From Pseudomonas aeruginosa PAO1 (GTDB taxonomy: Bacteria > Pseudomonadota > Gammaproteobacteria > Pseudomonadales > Pseudomonadaceae): 64,000 nt of DNA. The position numbers were made by a program, and so were the translations under genes. The DNA is taken from the NCBI RefSeq assembly GCF_000006765.1, contig NC_002516.2, one strand, 5' to 3'. Under the pieces are notes generated by a model. That model was not told where the DNA came from. It ran no database searches and worked only from the letters and a program-made list of their open reading frames with translations. Positions 45,910 to 56,699 of the stretch are shown one piece after another (the first letter of the stretch is position 1; each line of letters starts with the position of its first letter).

Positions 45910-47414
45910 CTCCGGAGGGCCGCATGCACGGATTGTTCCTCGGCATCGATTGCGGCACCCAGGGTAGCAAGGCGCTGCTGCTCGACGCCGGCAGCGGCCG
46001 CACGCTGGGCCTGGGCAGCGCCGCGCAGCGCCCGCCGGAAGGCCGCGACGGACGCCGCGAGCAGGACCCGGCGGACTGGCTGGAAGCCATGGCCAGCGCG
46101 GTACGCATGGCCCTGGAAGAAGCCGCGGTGGACGGCCGCGAGGTCCGCGCCCTGGCGGTTTCCGCCCAGCAGCATGGGCTGCTCCTGCTCGACGCCGAGG
46201 GCCGGGCGCTGCGCCCGGCCAAGCTCTGGTGCGACACCGAGAGCGCGGCGGAGAACCGCGAGCTGCTGGAAGCCCTCGGCGGCCCGGCCGGCTCGCTGGA
46301 ACGCCTGGGACTGGTGCTCGCGCCGGGCTACACGCTGTCCAAGCTGCTCTGGAGCAGGCGCCGCTTTCCCGAGCTGTTCGCCCGCGTCGCGCACATCCTC
46401 CTGCCCCACGACTACCTCAACCACTGGCTCACCGGCCGCGTCTGCAGCGAAGCGGGCGACGCCTCCGGTAGCGGCTACTTCGACGTGCGCCGGCGCACCT
46501 GGGCCAGCGACGTGCTGGAGCTGGTCGAGCCGGGCGGACGCCTGGCGGCGGCGCTGCCGGAGCTGATCGAGCCCGGCGCCTGCATCGGCAACCTGCGCCC
46601 CGAAGCGGCCGCCGCCCTCGGCCTGGCTCCCCACACGCGGGTCGCCGGCGGCGGCGGCGACAACATGCTCGCCGCCATCGGCACCGGCAACATCCGCCCC
46701 GGCCTGCTCACCGCCAGCCTGGGCACCTCCGGCACCCTGAGCGCCTATGCCGAGCGGCCGCTGGTCAGTCCGCACGGCGAGCTGGCGACCTTCTGCGCCT
46801 CGTCCGGCGGTTGGCTGCCGCTGGCCTGCACGATGAACCTCACCGGCGCCTGCGGCCTGGTACAGGACCTGCTGCACCTCGACCTCGACGAATTCTCCCG
46901 GCTGGCCGCCCAGGCGCCGGTCGGCGCCGAGGGTCTGCTGATGCTGCCGTTCTTCGACGGCGAGCGGGTTCCGGCGCTACCGCACGCCAGCGCCAGCCTG
47001 CATGGCATGACCGCGGCCAACCTGAGCCGCGCCAATCTTTGCCGGGCGGTGCTCGAAGGCACCGCCTTCGGCCTGCGCTACGGCCTCGACCTGCTGCGCG
47101 CCAGCGGCCTGCCGGGCGAGGAAATCCGCCTGGTCGGCGGCGCGGCGAAGAACCCGCTGTGGCGGCGGACGCTCGCCGACCTGCTCGGCCTGCCGCTGGT
47201 CTGTCCGCGGCAGACCGAGGCCGCCGCCCTTGGCGCGGCGCTCCAGGCGGCCTGGAGCCTGGGCCGCGAAAGCGGCGCCGGTGAAAGCCTGGAAGCCCTG
47301 TGCCGGCGCTGCGTGGCGCTCGACGAGTCGACCCGCACCCAGCCCCAGGCGCGACAACAGGCGGCCTACGAACAGGCCTACCGGCGTTACCTGGAGCACC
47401 TGCCTCCGCGATAA
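45906..47414 (+). CDS. mtlY: Xylulokinase
   Basis: LGIDCGTQGSKA, GGGDNMLAA, SLGTSGT; alternative start at 45924. Confidence 0.9.
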   Translation: MTPEGRMHGLFLGIDCGTQGSKALLLDAGSGRTLGLGSAAQRPPEGRDGRREQDPADWLEAMASAVRMALEEAAVDGREVRALAVSAQQHGLLLLDAEGRALRPAKLWCDTESAAENRELLEALGGPAGSLERLGLVLAPGYTLSKLLWSRRRFPELFARVAHILLPHDYLNHWLTGRVCSEAGDASGSGYFDVRRRTWASDVLELVEPGGRLAAALPELIEPGACIGNLRPEAAAALGLAPHTRVAGGGGDNMLAAIGTGNIRPGLLTASLGTSGTLSAYAERPLVSPHGELATFCASSGGWLPLACTMNLTGACGLVQDLLHLDLDEFSRLAAQAPVGAEGLLMLPFFDGERVPALPHASASLHGMTAANLSRANLCRAVLEGTAFGLRYGLDLLRASGLPGEEIRLVGGAAKNPLWRRTLADLLGLPLVCPRQTEAAALGAALQAAWSLGRESGAGESLEALCRRCVALDESTRTQPQARQQAAYEQAYRRYLEHLPPR

Positions 47415-47454
47415 TGGTCGCTTTCCTTCCTCTTCTGGCGTTTTGGAGATCTGC

Positions 47455-48387
47455 ATGTACCTGGTGTGTGGCGAGGCCCTTTTCGATGTCTTCAGCCTGG
47501 AAAGCGCTGCGCGCAGCAACGAGCTGGGCTTCACCGCGATCGCCGGCGGCTCGCCGTTCAACGTCGCCGTCGGCCTGCGCCGGCTGGGCGTGGAGGCGGC
47601 GCTGTTCGGCGGGCTGTCCAGCGACTACCTGGGCGCGCGGCTGCGCCGGGTGCTCGAAGAAGAAGGCGTGGACTGCGGCTTCCTGGTGCCCAGCGACGCC
47701 CCGACCACCCTGGCGATGGTCGGCCTCGACGCCAGCGGCTCGGCGCAATACCAGTTCCGCGGCGAGGGCTGCGCCGACCGCCAGGTGCGCCTGGAACACC
47801 TGCCGACGCTGGATGGGCGGATACGCGGGCTGCACGTCGGCTCCTACACCCTGGTGGTGACGCCGGTGGCCGACACCCTGCTGGCGCTGGTCCGGCGCGA
47901 GAGCGGCCGTCGCCTGGTCAGCCTGGACCCCAACGTGCGCCTCGACCCGCAGCCGGACATCGACCTCTGGCGGCGCCGGGTCGAGGCCTTCGCCAGTCAT
48001 GCGCACCTGATCAAGGCCAGCGAGGAAGACCTGGCCCTGCTCTACCCCGGCCGCGACCCCGGCGAGGTAGCCCGCGGCTGGCTGAACCCGCGCTGCCGGC
48101 TGGTCTTCGTCACCCACGGCGGGGCCGGCGCCAGCGTGCACTGCACCCACGGCAGCTGGAGTCGCCCGGCGGATACCGCCCTGCCACTGCGCGATACGGT
48201 CGGCGCCGGCGATACCTTCCAGGCGGCGACCCTCGCCTACCTCCGCCGCCTCGACGCCGACAGCCCGGCCGGGCTAGCCGCGCTGTCGCGGGAAGCGATC
48301 GACGCGATGCTCGCCTTCGCCATCCGCGCGGCGGCGGTCACCTGCTCGCGGGTGGGGCCGGACCTGCCGTTCGCCCACGAGCTTTGA
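47455..48387 (+). CDS. mtlZ: Fructokinase (PfkB family)
   Basis: GGSPFNVA, SLDPNVR, DTVGAGDTF. Confidence 0.92.
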   Translation: MYLVCGEALFDVFSLESAARSNELGFTAIAGGSPFNVAVGLRRLGVEAALFGGLSSDYLGARLRRVLEEEGVDCGFLVPSDAPTTLAMVGLDASGSAQYQFRGEGCADRQVRLEHLPTLDGRIRGLHVGSYTLVVTPVADTLLALVRRESGRRLVSLDPNVRLDPQPDIDLWRRRVEAFASHAHLIKASEEDLALLYPGRDPGEVARGWLNPRCRLVFVTHGGAGASVHCTHGSWSRPADTALPLRDTVGAGDTFQAATLAYLRRLDADSPAGLAALSREAIDAMLAFAIRAAAVTCSRVGPDLPFAHEL

Positions 48388-48429
48388 GGCCGGCCGTGCG
48401 GAGGGTCAGGCCGAGGGCTGCCGCCCGGT

Positions 48430-49665
48430 CTAGCGCCCCGGCCGCGCCAGCCACTCCCGGCCCTTGAGCATGGCGTTCCAGTACACCCAGGGCAGTACGT
48501 GGCGCTTGAGCAGCCAGGCGAAGCGGCTGGCCGCGGTGGGCTCCAGCGGGAAGGTCGGCAGCAGCTTGCCGGCATAGCCGAACTCCGCCAGCACCACCCG
48601 GCCGCGCTCGACGGTCAGCGGACAACCGCCGTAGCCGTCGTAGCGCAGCGGCAGGCCACGGCCGCTGCGCAGGCCGAGAAGGTTCTCGGCCACCACCACG
48701 ATCTGCTTGCGCGCCGCCGCCGCGGTCTTCGCGTTGGCGGTGCCGCAGACATCGCCGAGGGCGAAGATCTCGCCATGGCGGACATGTTGCAGGGTCGCCG
48801 GGTCGACTTCGCACCAGCCGGCCGCGTCGCCCAGGCCGCTGGCGGCGACGAAGGTCGGCGGCAGCTGCGGCGGCACCACGTGCAGCAGGTCGAAGTCCTT
48901 TTCCGCCAGATTGGTGTTGCCGTCGGCGTCCTTCACCTCGAACCAGGCCTTGCGCGCCGCGCCGTCGACCTTCACCAGGTTGGAATTGAACGCCAGCTCG
49001 GCCGAATACTTGCGCACGTACTCCATCAGCGGCGGAACGAAATCGGCGACACCGAACAACGCCGCGCCGGCCAGGTCGAACTCGACCTCGATGTCCTGCA
49101 GCACGCCCTCCCGCAGCCAGTGGTCGCAGGACAGGTACATGGCTTTCTGCGGCGCCCCGGCGCACTTGATCGGCATCGCCGGCTGGGTGAACAGCGCCTT
49201 GCCGCCGCGCAGGCCGCGCACCAGCTCCCAGGTGTAGGGCGCCAGGTCGTAGCGGTAGTTGGAGGTGACGCCGTTGCGCCCCAGGGTCTCCTCCAGGCCC
49301 TCGATGCGCTCCCAGGCCAGGCGCAGGCCGGGGCAGACGATCAGATTGCGGTATTCCAGGCTGTCGCCGCCCTCCAGCAACAGTCGGCGCGCCTCGGGGT
49401 CGACCCGCTCGACGCGGGTGCGCAACCACTCCACGCCGGGCGGGACCAGCCCGGCCATCGGCCGCGCGGTGTCGCCCTGTGCGTAGGCGCCGCCACCGAC
49501 CAGGGTCCAGCCCGGTTGGTAGTAGTGGGTGTCCGCCGGCTCGATCAGGCTGATACGCAACCCCGGCGAACGTTTCAGCAGGCTGGCGATCACGCCGATG
49601 CCGGCCGCGCCGCCGCCGATCACGGCGATGTCGGTGGTGAGTTCTGAAGCGTTAGCGCTCTGCAT
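48430..49665 (-). CDS. sqr: Sulfide:quinone oxidoreductase (type II-like)
   Basis: GGGAAG FAD fold, HYYQPGWTLVGGG, KCAGAPQK and YGGCPL cysteine pair typical of type II SQR. Confidence 0.82.
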   Translation of the reverse strand: MQSANASELTTDIAVIGGGAAGIGVIASLLKRSPGLRISLIEPADTHYYQPGWTLVGGGAYAQGDTARPMAGLVPPGVEWLRTRVERVDPEARRLLLEGGDSLEYRNLIVCPGLRLAWERIEGLEETLGRNGVTSNYRYDLAPYTWELVRGLRGGKALFTQPAMPIKCAGAPQKAMYLSCDHWLREGVLQDIEVEFDLAGAALFGVADFVPPLMEYVRKYSAELAFNSNLVKVDGAARKAWFEVKDADGNTNLAEKDFDLLHVVPPQLPPTFVAASGLGDAAGWCEVDPATLQHVRHGEIFALGDVCGTANAKTAAAARKQIVVVAENLLGLRSGRGLPLRYDGYGGCPLTVERGRVVLAEFGYAGKLLPTFPLEPTAASRFAWLLKRHVLPWVYWNAMLKGREWLARPGR

Positions 49666-49781
49666 GGGAGTTCCTTCGACGATCCGAGTGGGTGGGCGCG
49701 CGCCAGGCCGCCGCGCGCGAAACCCTATCACCCTAGCAGCACGGCGCTGGCGCGCGGCATCCGGCTGTAATCCGCCGGTAA

Positions 49782-49799
49782 CTGTTGCCCTGGCAACAG
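49782..49799. promoter_or_regulatory. Perfect 18-bp palindrome (candidate SfnR UAS)
   Basis: CTGTTGCC-CT-GGCAACAG, centred 94 bp upstream of the -24 GG. Confidence 0.7.
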
Positions 49800-49851
49800 C
49801 GGAGCAACAGGCAGCGCCCGCGGACCAGCAGAAACTGTTGGAGAAAACCTC

Positions 49852-49864
49852 CAACTCTTTGATT
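49852..49864 (-). promoter_or_regulatory. IHF site between the UAS and the sigma54 promoter
   Basis: Minus-strand AATCAAAGAGTTG is an exact match to WATCAANNNNTTR. Confidence 0.65.
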
Positions 49865-49882
49865 TTTCTATGGATTAGCAAA

Positions 49883-49898
49883 CGGCACGGCTTGTGCA
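49883..49898 (+). promoter_or_regulatory. sigma54 -24/-12 promoter
   Basis: CGGCACGGCTTGTGCA (GG-N10-GC). Confidence 0.78.
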
Positions 49899-50083
49899 AA
49901 CAGACCCGGCAGAGGCTTGGCGATCGCGCCAGCCACCTATCCGAACTGCCAGAGGTGCCCAGCGAGCATGTCGTTACCGCCTGTTTCCCCTCCCTCCTCC
50001 AGGCGTTCCACCCGCACCACCGAACCCGCGAGCCGCGCCACACCGATGCCGCTGGCGGAACCACCACGCTGCAAGGCTGAACC

Positions 50084-51319
50084 ATGACCGACGAAACCGC
50101 ACCCAAGGATCTTCGTGACCAGGCGCCCCGGCTACTCCCGGCACGCCTCATCGAGAACGACGCCCAGGCGTTGCAGGCCGCCCACGAGGTAGCCGGACTG
50201 GCCCGTCGCGAAGCGGCGCTACGCGACCGCGAACGACGCCTGCCCTGGCAGGAACTGGAACTCTTCACCCGCCTCGGCCTGGGCGGCATCGGCATTCCCC
50301 GCGCCCATGGCGGCGCGCAGGTTTCCCATGTGACCCTGGCCGAGGTGTTCCGTGTCATCTGTGCCGCCGACCCGGCCCTCGGACAGATTCCGCAGAACCA
50401 GTTCGGCCTGCTCAGCGTGATCGACAACGTCGCCAGCCCGGCGCAGAAACGCAAGCTGTTCCGTGGCATCCTCGACGGCCGCCGGCTGGCCAACGCCGGC
50501 CCGGAGCGCAATACCCGCCACACCCTGGAGCTGAAGGCGCGGGTCCGTCGCGACGGCGACGGCTACCGGGTCAGCGGCGAGAAGTTCTACTCCACCGGCG
50601 CCTTGTTCGCCCACTGGGTGGCGGTCAAGGCCATCGACGAGGAAGAGCGCGCGGTGATGCTCTTCGTCGAGCGCGGCGCTCCCGGCCTGCGCATCGTCGA
50701 CGACTGGTCCGGCTTCGGCCAGCGCACCACCGCCAGCGGCACGGTACTGCTGGACGAGGTTCCGGTAGCCGGCGACATGCTGATCCACAACGGCCTGCTG
50801 GCCGAGATCCCGAGCCTCCAGGGCGCCGTCTCGCAACTGATCCAGGCCGCCATCGACGCCGGCATCGCCCAGGCGGCGCTGGACGACGCCCAGGCTTTCG
50901 TCCGCGAACGCAGCCGGCCCTGGATCGACGCCCAGGTCGAACGCGCCAGCGATGAGCTCTACAGCATCGCCGAGGTCGGCCGCCTGCAAATCGAGCTGCA
51001 CGCCGCCAACGCCCTGCTGGAGAAGGCCGGCCAGGTCCTCGACGAAGTGGCCGCGCGGCCGGTGGACGCCGAGTCGGCGGCACGCGCCTCGATCGCCGTG
51101 GCCGAGGCCAAGGTGCTGAGCACCGAGATCAGCCTGGCCGCCAGCGAGAAGCTCTTCGAGCTGGCCGGCAGCCGTGCCACGCTCGCCGAGTTCAACCTCG
51201 ACCGGCACTGGCGCAACGCCCGCACCCATACCCTGCACGACCCGGTGCGCTGGAAAGTCCACGCGGTCGGCGACTACTACCTGAACGGCGCCCGTCCGGC
51301 GCGTCACTCATGGATCTGA
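50084..51319 (+). CDS. SfnB-family sulfur-acquisition oxidoreductase
   Basis: GEKFYSTGAL, DDWSGFGQRTTASG, DRHWRNARTHTLHDPVRWK. Confidence 0.88.
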   Translation: MTDETAPKDLRDQAPRLLPARLIENDAQALQAAHEVAGLARREAALRDRERRLPWQELELFTRLGLGGIGIPRAHGGAQVSHVTLAEVFRVICAADPALGQIPQNQFGLLSVIDNVASPAQKRKLFRGILDGRRLANAGPERNTRHTLELKARVRRDGDGYRVSGEKFYSTGALFAHWVAVKAIDEEERAVMLFVERGAPGLRIVDDWSGFGQRTTASGTVLLDEVPVAGDMLIHNGLLAEIPSLQGAVSQLIQAAIDAGIAQAALDDAQAFVRERSRPWIDAQVERASDELYSIAEVGRLQIELHAANALLEKAGQVLDEVAARPVDAESAARASIAVAEAKVLSTEISLAASEKLFELAGSRATLAEFNLDRHWRNARTHTLHDPVRWKVHAVGDYYLNGARPARHSWI

Positions 51320-51329
51320 GGAGCGCCCG

Positions 51330-52547
51330 ATGAGCCTCGCACACGCTACGCGCGACAATCCCACGGCCGCTGCCCATCGCATCGGCAGCGACGACGAAGC
51401 CCTGGAAACGGCCCGCGAGCTGGCCGCCCTGTTCGCCCGCGAAAGCATCCAGCGCGACCGCGAGCGGCGCCTGCCGCTGGAAGAACTGGAACTGTTCTCC
51501 CGCTCCGGCCTGTGGGGCATCGCGGTGCCCCGCGAATACGGCGGGGCCGGCGTCTCGCGGGTGACCCTGGCGAAGGTGGTGGCGATCGTCAGCGCCGCCG
51601 ACAGTTCTCTGGGGCAGATTCCGCAGAACCATTTCTATGCCCTCGAAGTGCTGCGGGTGAACGGCTCGCCGGCGCAGAAAGGTCGCCTGTTCGGCGCCGC
51701 CCTGGCCGGCGAGCGTTTCGGCAACGCCCTGGCCGAGATCGGCACGCGTACCGCCAGCGAGCGCCGTACCCGCCTGCGCGCCGACGGCGACGGCTACCGC
51801 CTGGACGGGCGCAAGTTCTACTGCACCGGCGCACTCTACGCGCAGCGGGTGCCGACCCTGGCGGTGGACGACGAGGGCCGCCAGCAACTGGCCTTCGTCC
51901 CGCGCGACAGCGCCGGGCTGGAAATCGTCGACGACTGGTCCGGCTTCGGTCAACGCACCACCGGCAGCGGTTCGGCGCTGTTCGACCGGGTAGCGGTGGC
52001 CGCCGAGGACGTGGTCTCGTTCCAGGACGCCTTCGAGCGCCCGACCACCGTCGGCCCGCTGGCGCAGATCCTCCACGCGGCGATCGACGCCGGGATCGCC
52101 CGCGGCGCCTTCGAGGACACCCTGCGTTTCGTCCGCGAGCGCGCCCGGCCCTGGGTCGACTCCGGCGTCGACAAGGCCAGCGACGACCCACTGACCATCC
52201 ATGAGATCGGCCGCCTGGCGATCCGCCTGCACGCCGCCGAAGCGCTGCTGGAGCGTGCCGGGCGGGTGCTCGACCGGGCCACCGCCGAGCCGGACGCGGA
52301 AAGCGTGGCGGCCGCCTCGATCGCCGTCGCCGAAGCCCGCGCGCTGACCACCGAGGTCGCCCTGCTGGCCGGCAGCAAGCTGATCGAGCTTGGCGGCAGC
52401 CGCGCCTGTCTCGCCGAACTCGGTCTCGACCGCCACTGGCGCAACGCCCGCGTACACACCCTGCACGACCCGGTGCGCTGGAAGTACCACGCGGTCGGCG
52501 ACTACTACCTCAACGGCCGCCTGCCGCCACGCCGCGGCACGCTCTGA
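51330..52547 (+). CDS. SfnB-family sulfur-acquisition oxidoreductase
   Basis: Same motifs as the 50084 and 23580 paralogues. Confidence 0.88.
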   Translation: MSLAHATRDNPTAAAHRIGSDDEALETARELAALFARESIQRDRERRLPLEELELFSRSGLWGIAVPREYGGAGVSRVTLAKVVAIVSAADSSLGQIPQNHFYALEVLRVNGSPAQKGRLFGAALAGERFGNALAEIGTRTASERRTRLRADGDGYRLDGRKFYCTGALYAQRVPTLAVDDEGRQQLAFVPRDSAGLEIVDDWSGFGQRTTGSGSALFDRVAVAAEDVVSFQDAFERPTTVGPLAQILHAAIDAGIARGAFEDTLRFVRERARPWVDSGVDKASDDPLTIHEIGRLAIRLHAAEALLERAGRVLDRATAEPDAESVAAASIAVAEARALTTEVALLAGSKLIELGGSRACLAELGLDRHWRNARVHTLHDPVRWKYHAVGDYYLNGRLPPRRGTL

Positions 52548-52564
52548 ACGCCGAAGGAACCGCC

Positions 52565-53953
52565 ATGAGCAAGAAGCAGATTCTCCTAAACGCCTTCAGC
52601 ATGAATTGCGTCGGCCATATCAACCACGGCCTCTGGACCCACCCACGCGACCGCTCCAGCGACTACCGCAAACTGCGCCACTGGACCGAGCTGGCCCGGC
52701 TGCTGGAGCGCGGCCTGTTCGACGGCCTGTTCATCGCCGATATCCTCGGCGTCTACGACGTCTACCAGGGCGGCATCGAGGTGACCGCCCGCGAAGCCGT
52801 CCAGTTGCCGGTGAACGACCCGCTGATGCTGGTCTCGGCCATGGCCGGGGTCACCGAGCACCTGGGTTTCGGCGTCACCGCCAACCTCACCTACGAGGCG
52901 CCCTACCCGTTCGCCCGGCGGCTCTCGACCCTCGACCATTTGAGCGACGGGCGGATCGGCTGGAACATCGTCACCGGCTACCTGGAAAGCGCGGCCAAGG
53001 CCATGGGCCAGTCCGCGCAGATCGAGCACGACCGCCGCTACGACCGCGCCGACGAGTACCTGGAGGTCCTCTACAAGCTCTGGGAGGGCAGCTGGGAAGA
53101 CGACGCGGTGCTCGCCGACCGCCAGCGACGGGTCTACGCGCGGCCGGAGAAGATCCACAAGATCCGCCACCATGGCGAGTTCTACCAGGTCGAGGGCTAC
53201 CACCTCGCCGAGCCCTCTCCACAGCGCACCCCGGTGCTGTTCCAGGCCGGCTCCTCGGAGCGTGGCCTGGCCTTCGCCGCGCGCCACGCCGAATGCGTGT
53301 TCGTCTCCGGACAGACCCGCGAGGCCACCCGCCAACTGGTGCAGCGCATCCGCGCGGCGGTGGTCGGTGCCGGCCGTCGCGCCGAGGACATCAGGATCTT
53401 CATGGGCATCAACGTGATCGTCGCCGCCACCGCGGCCGAGGCCCGCGACAAGCATGCCGAGTACCGCCGCTACGCCAGCCCCGAGGCCGGCCTGGCGCAC
53501 TTCGCCAGCTCCAGCGGCATCGACCTGTCGCGCTACGGACTCGACGAGCCGATCCGCTACGAGAAGAACAACGCCATCGAGTCGGTGGTGAAGAACCTCA
53601 CCGTGGCGCGCACCGACTCCACCGTGCGCAAGCTCCTCGACCAGTTGGCCCTGGGCGGCCGCTACGTGACCCTGGTAGGCGACCCGCGCCAGGTCGCCGA
53701 CGACCTCGAAGGCTGGATCGCCGATACCGGCCTGGACGGCTTCAACCTGACCCGCACCGTGGAGCCGGAGAGCTACGCCGACTTCATCGACCTGGTGGTG
53801 CCCGAGTTGCAGGCACGCGGCAGCTACAAGACCGCCTACGCTCCCGGCACCCTGCGGGAGAAGCTCTTCGGCGACGGCCGCGCGCGCCTGCAGGCGGAAC
53901 ACGCCGGCGCCGCCTTCCGCCAGCCCCCGGCCGCGCGCCAGCGCCAGGCCTGA
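52565..53953 (+). CDS. NtaA/DmoA/DszA-family FMNH2-dependent monooxygenase
   Basis: LERGLFDGLFIADILG, STLDHLSDGRIGWNIVT, QRTPVLFQAGSS; paralogue of the 24875-26284 gene. Confidence 0.9.
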   Translation: MSKKQILLNAFSMNCVGHINHGLWTHPRDRSSDYRKLRHWTELARLLERGLFDGLFIADILGVYDVYQGGIEVTAREAVQLPVNDPLMLVSAMAGVTEHLGFGVTANLTYEAPYPFARRLSTLDHLSDGRIGWNIVTGYLESAAKAMGQSAQIEHDRRYDRADEYLEVLYKLWEGSWEDDAVLADRQRRVYARPEKIHKIRHHGEFYQVEGYHLAEPSPQRTPVLFQAGSSERGLAFAARHAECVFVSGQTREATRQLVQRIRAAVVGAGRRAEDIRIFMGINVIVAATAAEARDKHAEYRRYASPEAGLAHFASSSGIDLSRYGLDEPIRYEKNNAIESVVKNLTVARTDSTVRKLLDQLALGGRYVTLVGDPRQVADDLEGWIADTGLDGFNLTRTVEPESYADFIDLVVPELQARGSYKTAYAPGTLREKLFGDGRARLQAEHAGAAFRQPPAARQRQA

Positions 53954-53984
53954 CCCCACTTTCCCTTTCGTTCAGGAGCCCACC

Positions 53985-54779
53985 ATGCTGAACACCCTGA
54001 AAACCCTGAGCCTGGCCGTCCTCCTCGGCAGCGGCCCGGCCCAGGCCGCCGACGCCCCGCTGAAGATCGGCACCACCGCCGCCTTCGCCCCGCCGCTGGA
54101 AGTCGCCGTGAGCGAAGCCGGCAAGCAGGGACTGAAGGTCGAACTGGTCGAGTTCAGCGACTGGAACGCCCCCAACATCACCCTCGCCCAGGGCGACATC
54201 GACGCCAACTACTTCCAGCACGTGCCCTTCCTGGAAAACGCCAACCGCGAAGGCGGCTTCCAGTTGAAGCCGTTCGCGCCGGGGATCATCAACAACGTCG
54301 GGCTCTATTCGAAGCGCTACGCCAGCCTCGCAGAGTTGCCGGAAGGCGCCAGCGTGGCCATCGCCAACGACCCGATCAATGGCGGCCGCGGCCTGCAACT
54401 GCTACAGAAGGCCGGCCTGCTGAAGCTCAGGGACGGCGTCGGCTACAAGGCGACCCTCGACGATATCGTCGACAACCCGAAGGACATCCGCATCACCGAG
54501 CTGGAGGCGGTGCAACTGGCGCGCGCCCTCGACGATTTCGACCTGGCCCAGGGCTACCCGCACTACCTGCGCCTGGCCGGGACCATCGACCCGACCCGGG
54601 CACTGCTGTTCGACGGGATCGACAACCGGGAATACGTGATCCAGTTCGTCACCCGCGGCGACTACCAGGACCGCGACGGCCGCCTGGCGCGCTTCGTCGA
54701 CATCTACCAGCATTCACCGGTGGTCCGCGCCGCGCTGGACAAGGCCCATGGCACGCTGTACCAGCCGGGCTGGGAGTGA
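53985..54779 (+). CDS. MetQ/NlpA-family substrate-binding protein
   Basis: [27 protein letters not shown]; no lipobox Cys. Confidence 0.88.
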   Translation: MLNTLKTLSLAVLLGSGPAQAADAPLKIGTTAAFAPPLEVAVSEAGKQGLKVELVEFSDWNAPNITLAQGDIDANYFQHVPFLENANREGGFQLKPFAPGIINNVGLYSKRYASLAELPEGASVAIANDPINGGRGLQLLQKAGLLKLRDGVGYKATLDDIVDNPKDIRITELEAVQLARALDDFDLAQGYPHYLRLAGTIDPTRALLFDGIDNREYVIQFVTRGDYQDRDGRLARFVDIYQHSPVVRAALDKAHGTLYQPGWE

Positions 54780-55885
54780 CGGCCATGACCGTTCCCCCGA
54801 GCCTGCTGCCCCTCGAACCGTTCCCGACGGCGCCCGACACGCGCGCCTCCACGCCGCACATCCGTCTCCACGGCCTGGGCAAGCGCTACCCCGGTGGAGT
54901 CCAGGCCCTGCGGGAGATCGACCTGGAAATCCGCCGCGGCGAAGTGTTCGGCATCATCGGCCGCAGCGGCGCCGGAAAGTCCTCGCTGATCCGCACCCTC
55001 AATCGCCTGGAGCGTCCCAGCGAGGGGCAGGTGCTGATCGACGACGAAGACATCGGCGGCTACGACGGCCAGCGCCTGGTCGCCCTGCGCCGACGCATCG
55101 GCATGATCTTCCAGCACTTCAACCTGATGTCGGCCAAGACCGTGCGGCAGAACATCGCCCTGCCGCTGCGGGTGGCCGGGGTGCCCCGGGCACGGATCGA
55201 GGAGCGGGTCGCCGGGCTGCTGCAACTGGTCGGCCTGGAGGAAAAACGCGACGCCTATCCGGCACAGCTCTCCGGCGGGCAGAAACAGCGCGTCGGCATC
55301 GCCCGCGCGCTGGTGCACCAGCCGCAGATACTGCTTTGCGACGAAGCCACCTCGGCGCTGGACCCGGAGAGCACCCAGGCGATCCTCGCGCTGCTGCGCG
55401 ACATCAACCGCCGGCTGGGCCTGACCATCGTCCTGATCACCCACGAGATGGCGGTCATCCGCGAGATCTGCGACCGCGTGGTGGTCCTCGAATGCGGCCG
55501 CATCGTCGAACAGGGCGAAGTCTGGGAAGTCTTCGGCGATCCGCGCCATGCCGTCACCCGAAGCCTGCTCGGCAGCCTGCGCGCCGCCCTCCCGGCCGAC
55601 CTCCAGGCGCGCCTGCGCCAGGCTCCCGGCGCCGGCGACCCGGTGCTGCTCGATCTCCAGTACACCGGCGCCAGCCGACGGGTGCCGGACCTGCTGGCCA
55701 TCGCCAGGGCCATCGGCCAGCGCGTCGACCTGCTCCACGGCGGCATAGAGCGGATCCAGGGCCGCGCCCTGGGGCGCCTGCTGCTACAGGTCGGCGCGCC
55801 GCCCGGCGAGCTTCCCGGCGTGCTGGCCAAGGCCGCGCTGGTGGCGGACAAGGTGGAGGTGCTCGGCCATGTCGCCCATGCTTGA
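54776..55885 (+). CDS. MetN-like ABC ATPase
   Basis: [36 protein letters not shown]-terminal NIL-like region. Confidence 0.9.
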   Translation: MTAMTVPPSLLPLEPFPTAPDTRASTPHIRLHGLGKRYPGGVQALREIDLEIRRGEVFGIIGRSGAGKSSLIRTLNRLERPSEGQVLIDDEDIGGYDGQRLVALRRRIGMIFQHFNLMSAKTVRQNIALPLRVAGVPRARIEERVAGLLQLVGLEEKRDAYPAQLSGGQKQRVGIARALVHQPQILLCDEATSALDPESTQAILALLRDINRRLGLTIVLITHEMAVIREICDRVVVLECGRIVEQGEVWEVFGDPRHAVTRSLLGSLRAALPADLQARLRQAPGAGDPVLLDLQYTGASRRVPDLLAIARAIGQRVDLLHGGIERIQGRALGRLLLQVGAPPGELPGVLAKAALVADKVEVLGHVAHA

Positions 55886-56522
55886 ACGGCTCTGGCAAGG
55901 TTTCCTCGATACCCTGCTGATGATCGGCGCGTCCTCCGCCATCGTCCTGCTGGTGGGTATCCCGCTGGCCCTGGTGCTGGTCACCACCGGGCCGGGCGGG
56001 ATCTTCGAGGCGCGCCTGCTCAATCGCATCCTGGGCGGTCTGGTCAACGTGCTGCGCTCGGTACCCTTCCTGATCCTGATGGTGGCGCTGATTCCCTTTA
56101 CCCGGATGATCGTCGGCACCAGCTATGGAGTCTGGGCCGCGGTGGTGCCGCTGACCATCGCCGCCACGCCGTTCTTCGCGCGGATCGCCGAGGTCAGCCT
56201 GCGCGAAGTCGACCACGGCCTGGTGGAGGCGGCCCAGGCGATGGGCTGCGAACGCCGCCACATCATCTGCAACGTACTGTTGCCGGAGGCGCGACCGGGC
56301 ATCGTCGGCGGCTTCACCATCACCCTGGTGACCATGATCAATTCCTCGGCCATGGCCGGCGCGATCGGTGCCGGCGGCCTGGGCGACCTGGCCTACCGCT
56401 ACGGCTACCAGCGCTTCGACACCCAGGTGATGCTCACCGTGATCATCGTCCTTGTGCTGCTGGTCACGTTGATCCAGTTCGGCGGCGACCGCCTGGCCCG
56501 CCTGCTGAACAAACGCCTGTAG
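55869..56522 (+). CDS. MetI-like ABC permease
   Basis: [31 protein letters not shown]. Confidence 0.9.
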   Translation: MSPMLERLWQGFLDTLLMIGASSAIVLLVGIPLALVLVTTGPGGIFEARLLNRILGGLVNVLRSVPFLILMVALIPFTRMIVGTSYGVWAAVVPLTIAATPFFARIAEVSLREVDHGLVEAAQAMGCERRHIICNVLLPEARPGIVGGFTITLVTMINSSAMAGAIGAGGLGDLAYRYGYQRFDTQVMLTVIIVLVLLVTLIQFGGDRLARLLNKRL

Positions 56523-56699
56523 AATCCGCCCTCCCGGCCTGGGAGGGCTGGCGCTTTGCCGAGGGCGACAGGAACCAGCGTCGCCGCGACAGCGCATCTT
56601 TCCCCGCGCCGGACAGACCTGTATCTGTCGTCCTCCGGTCATCCGGCGACGCCAGACTGGTCGGCAATCCCGTGAAAAAGAAAGAAGGAAAGGCGCCTC

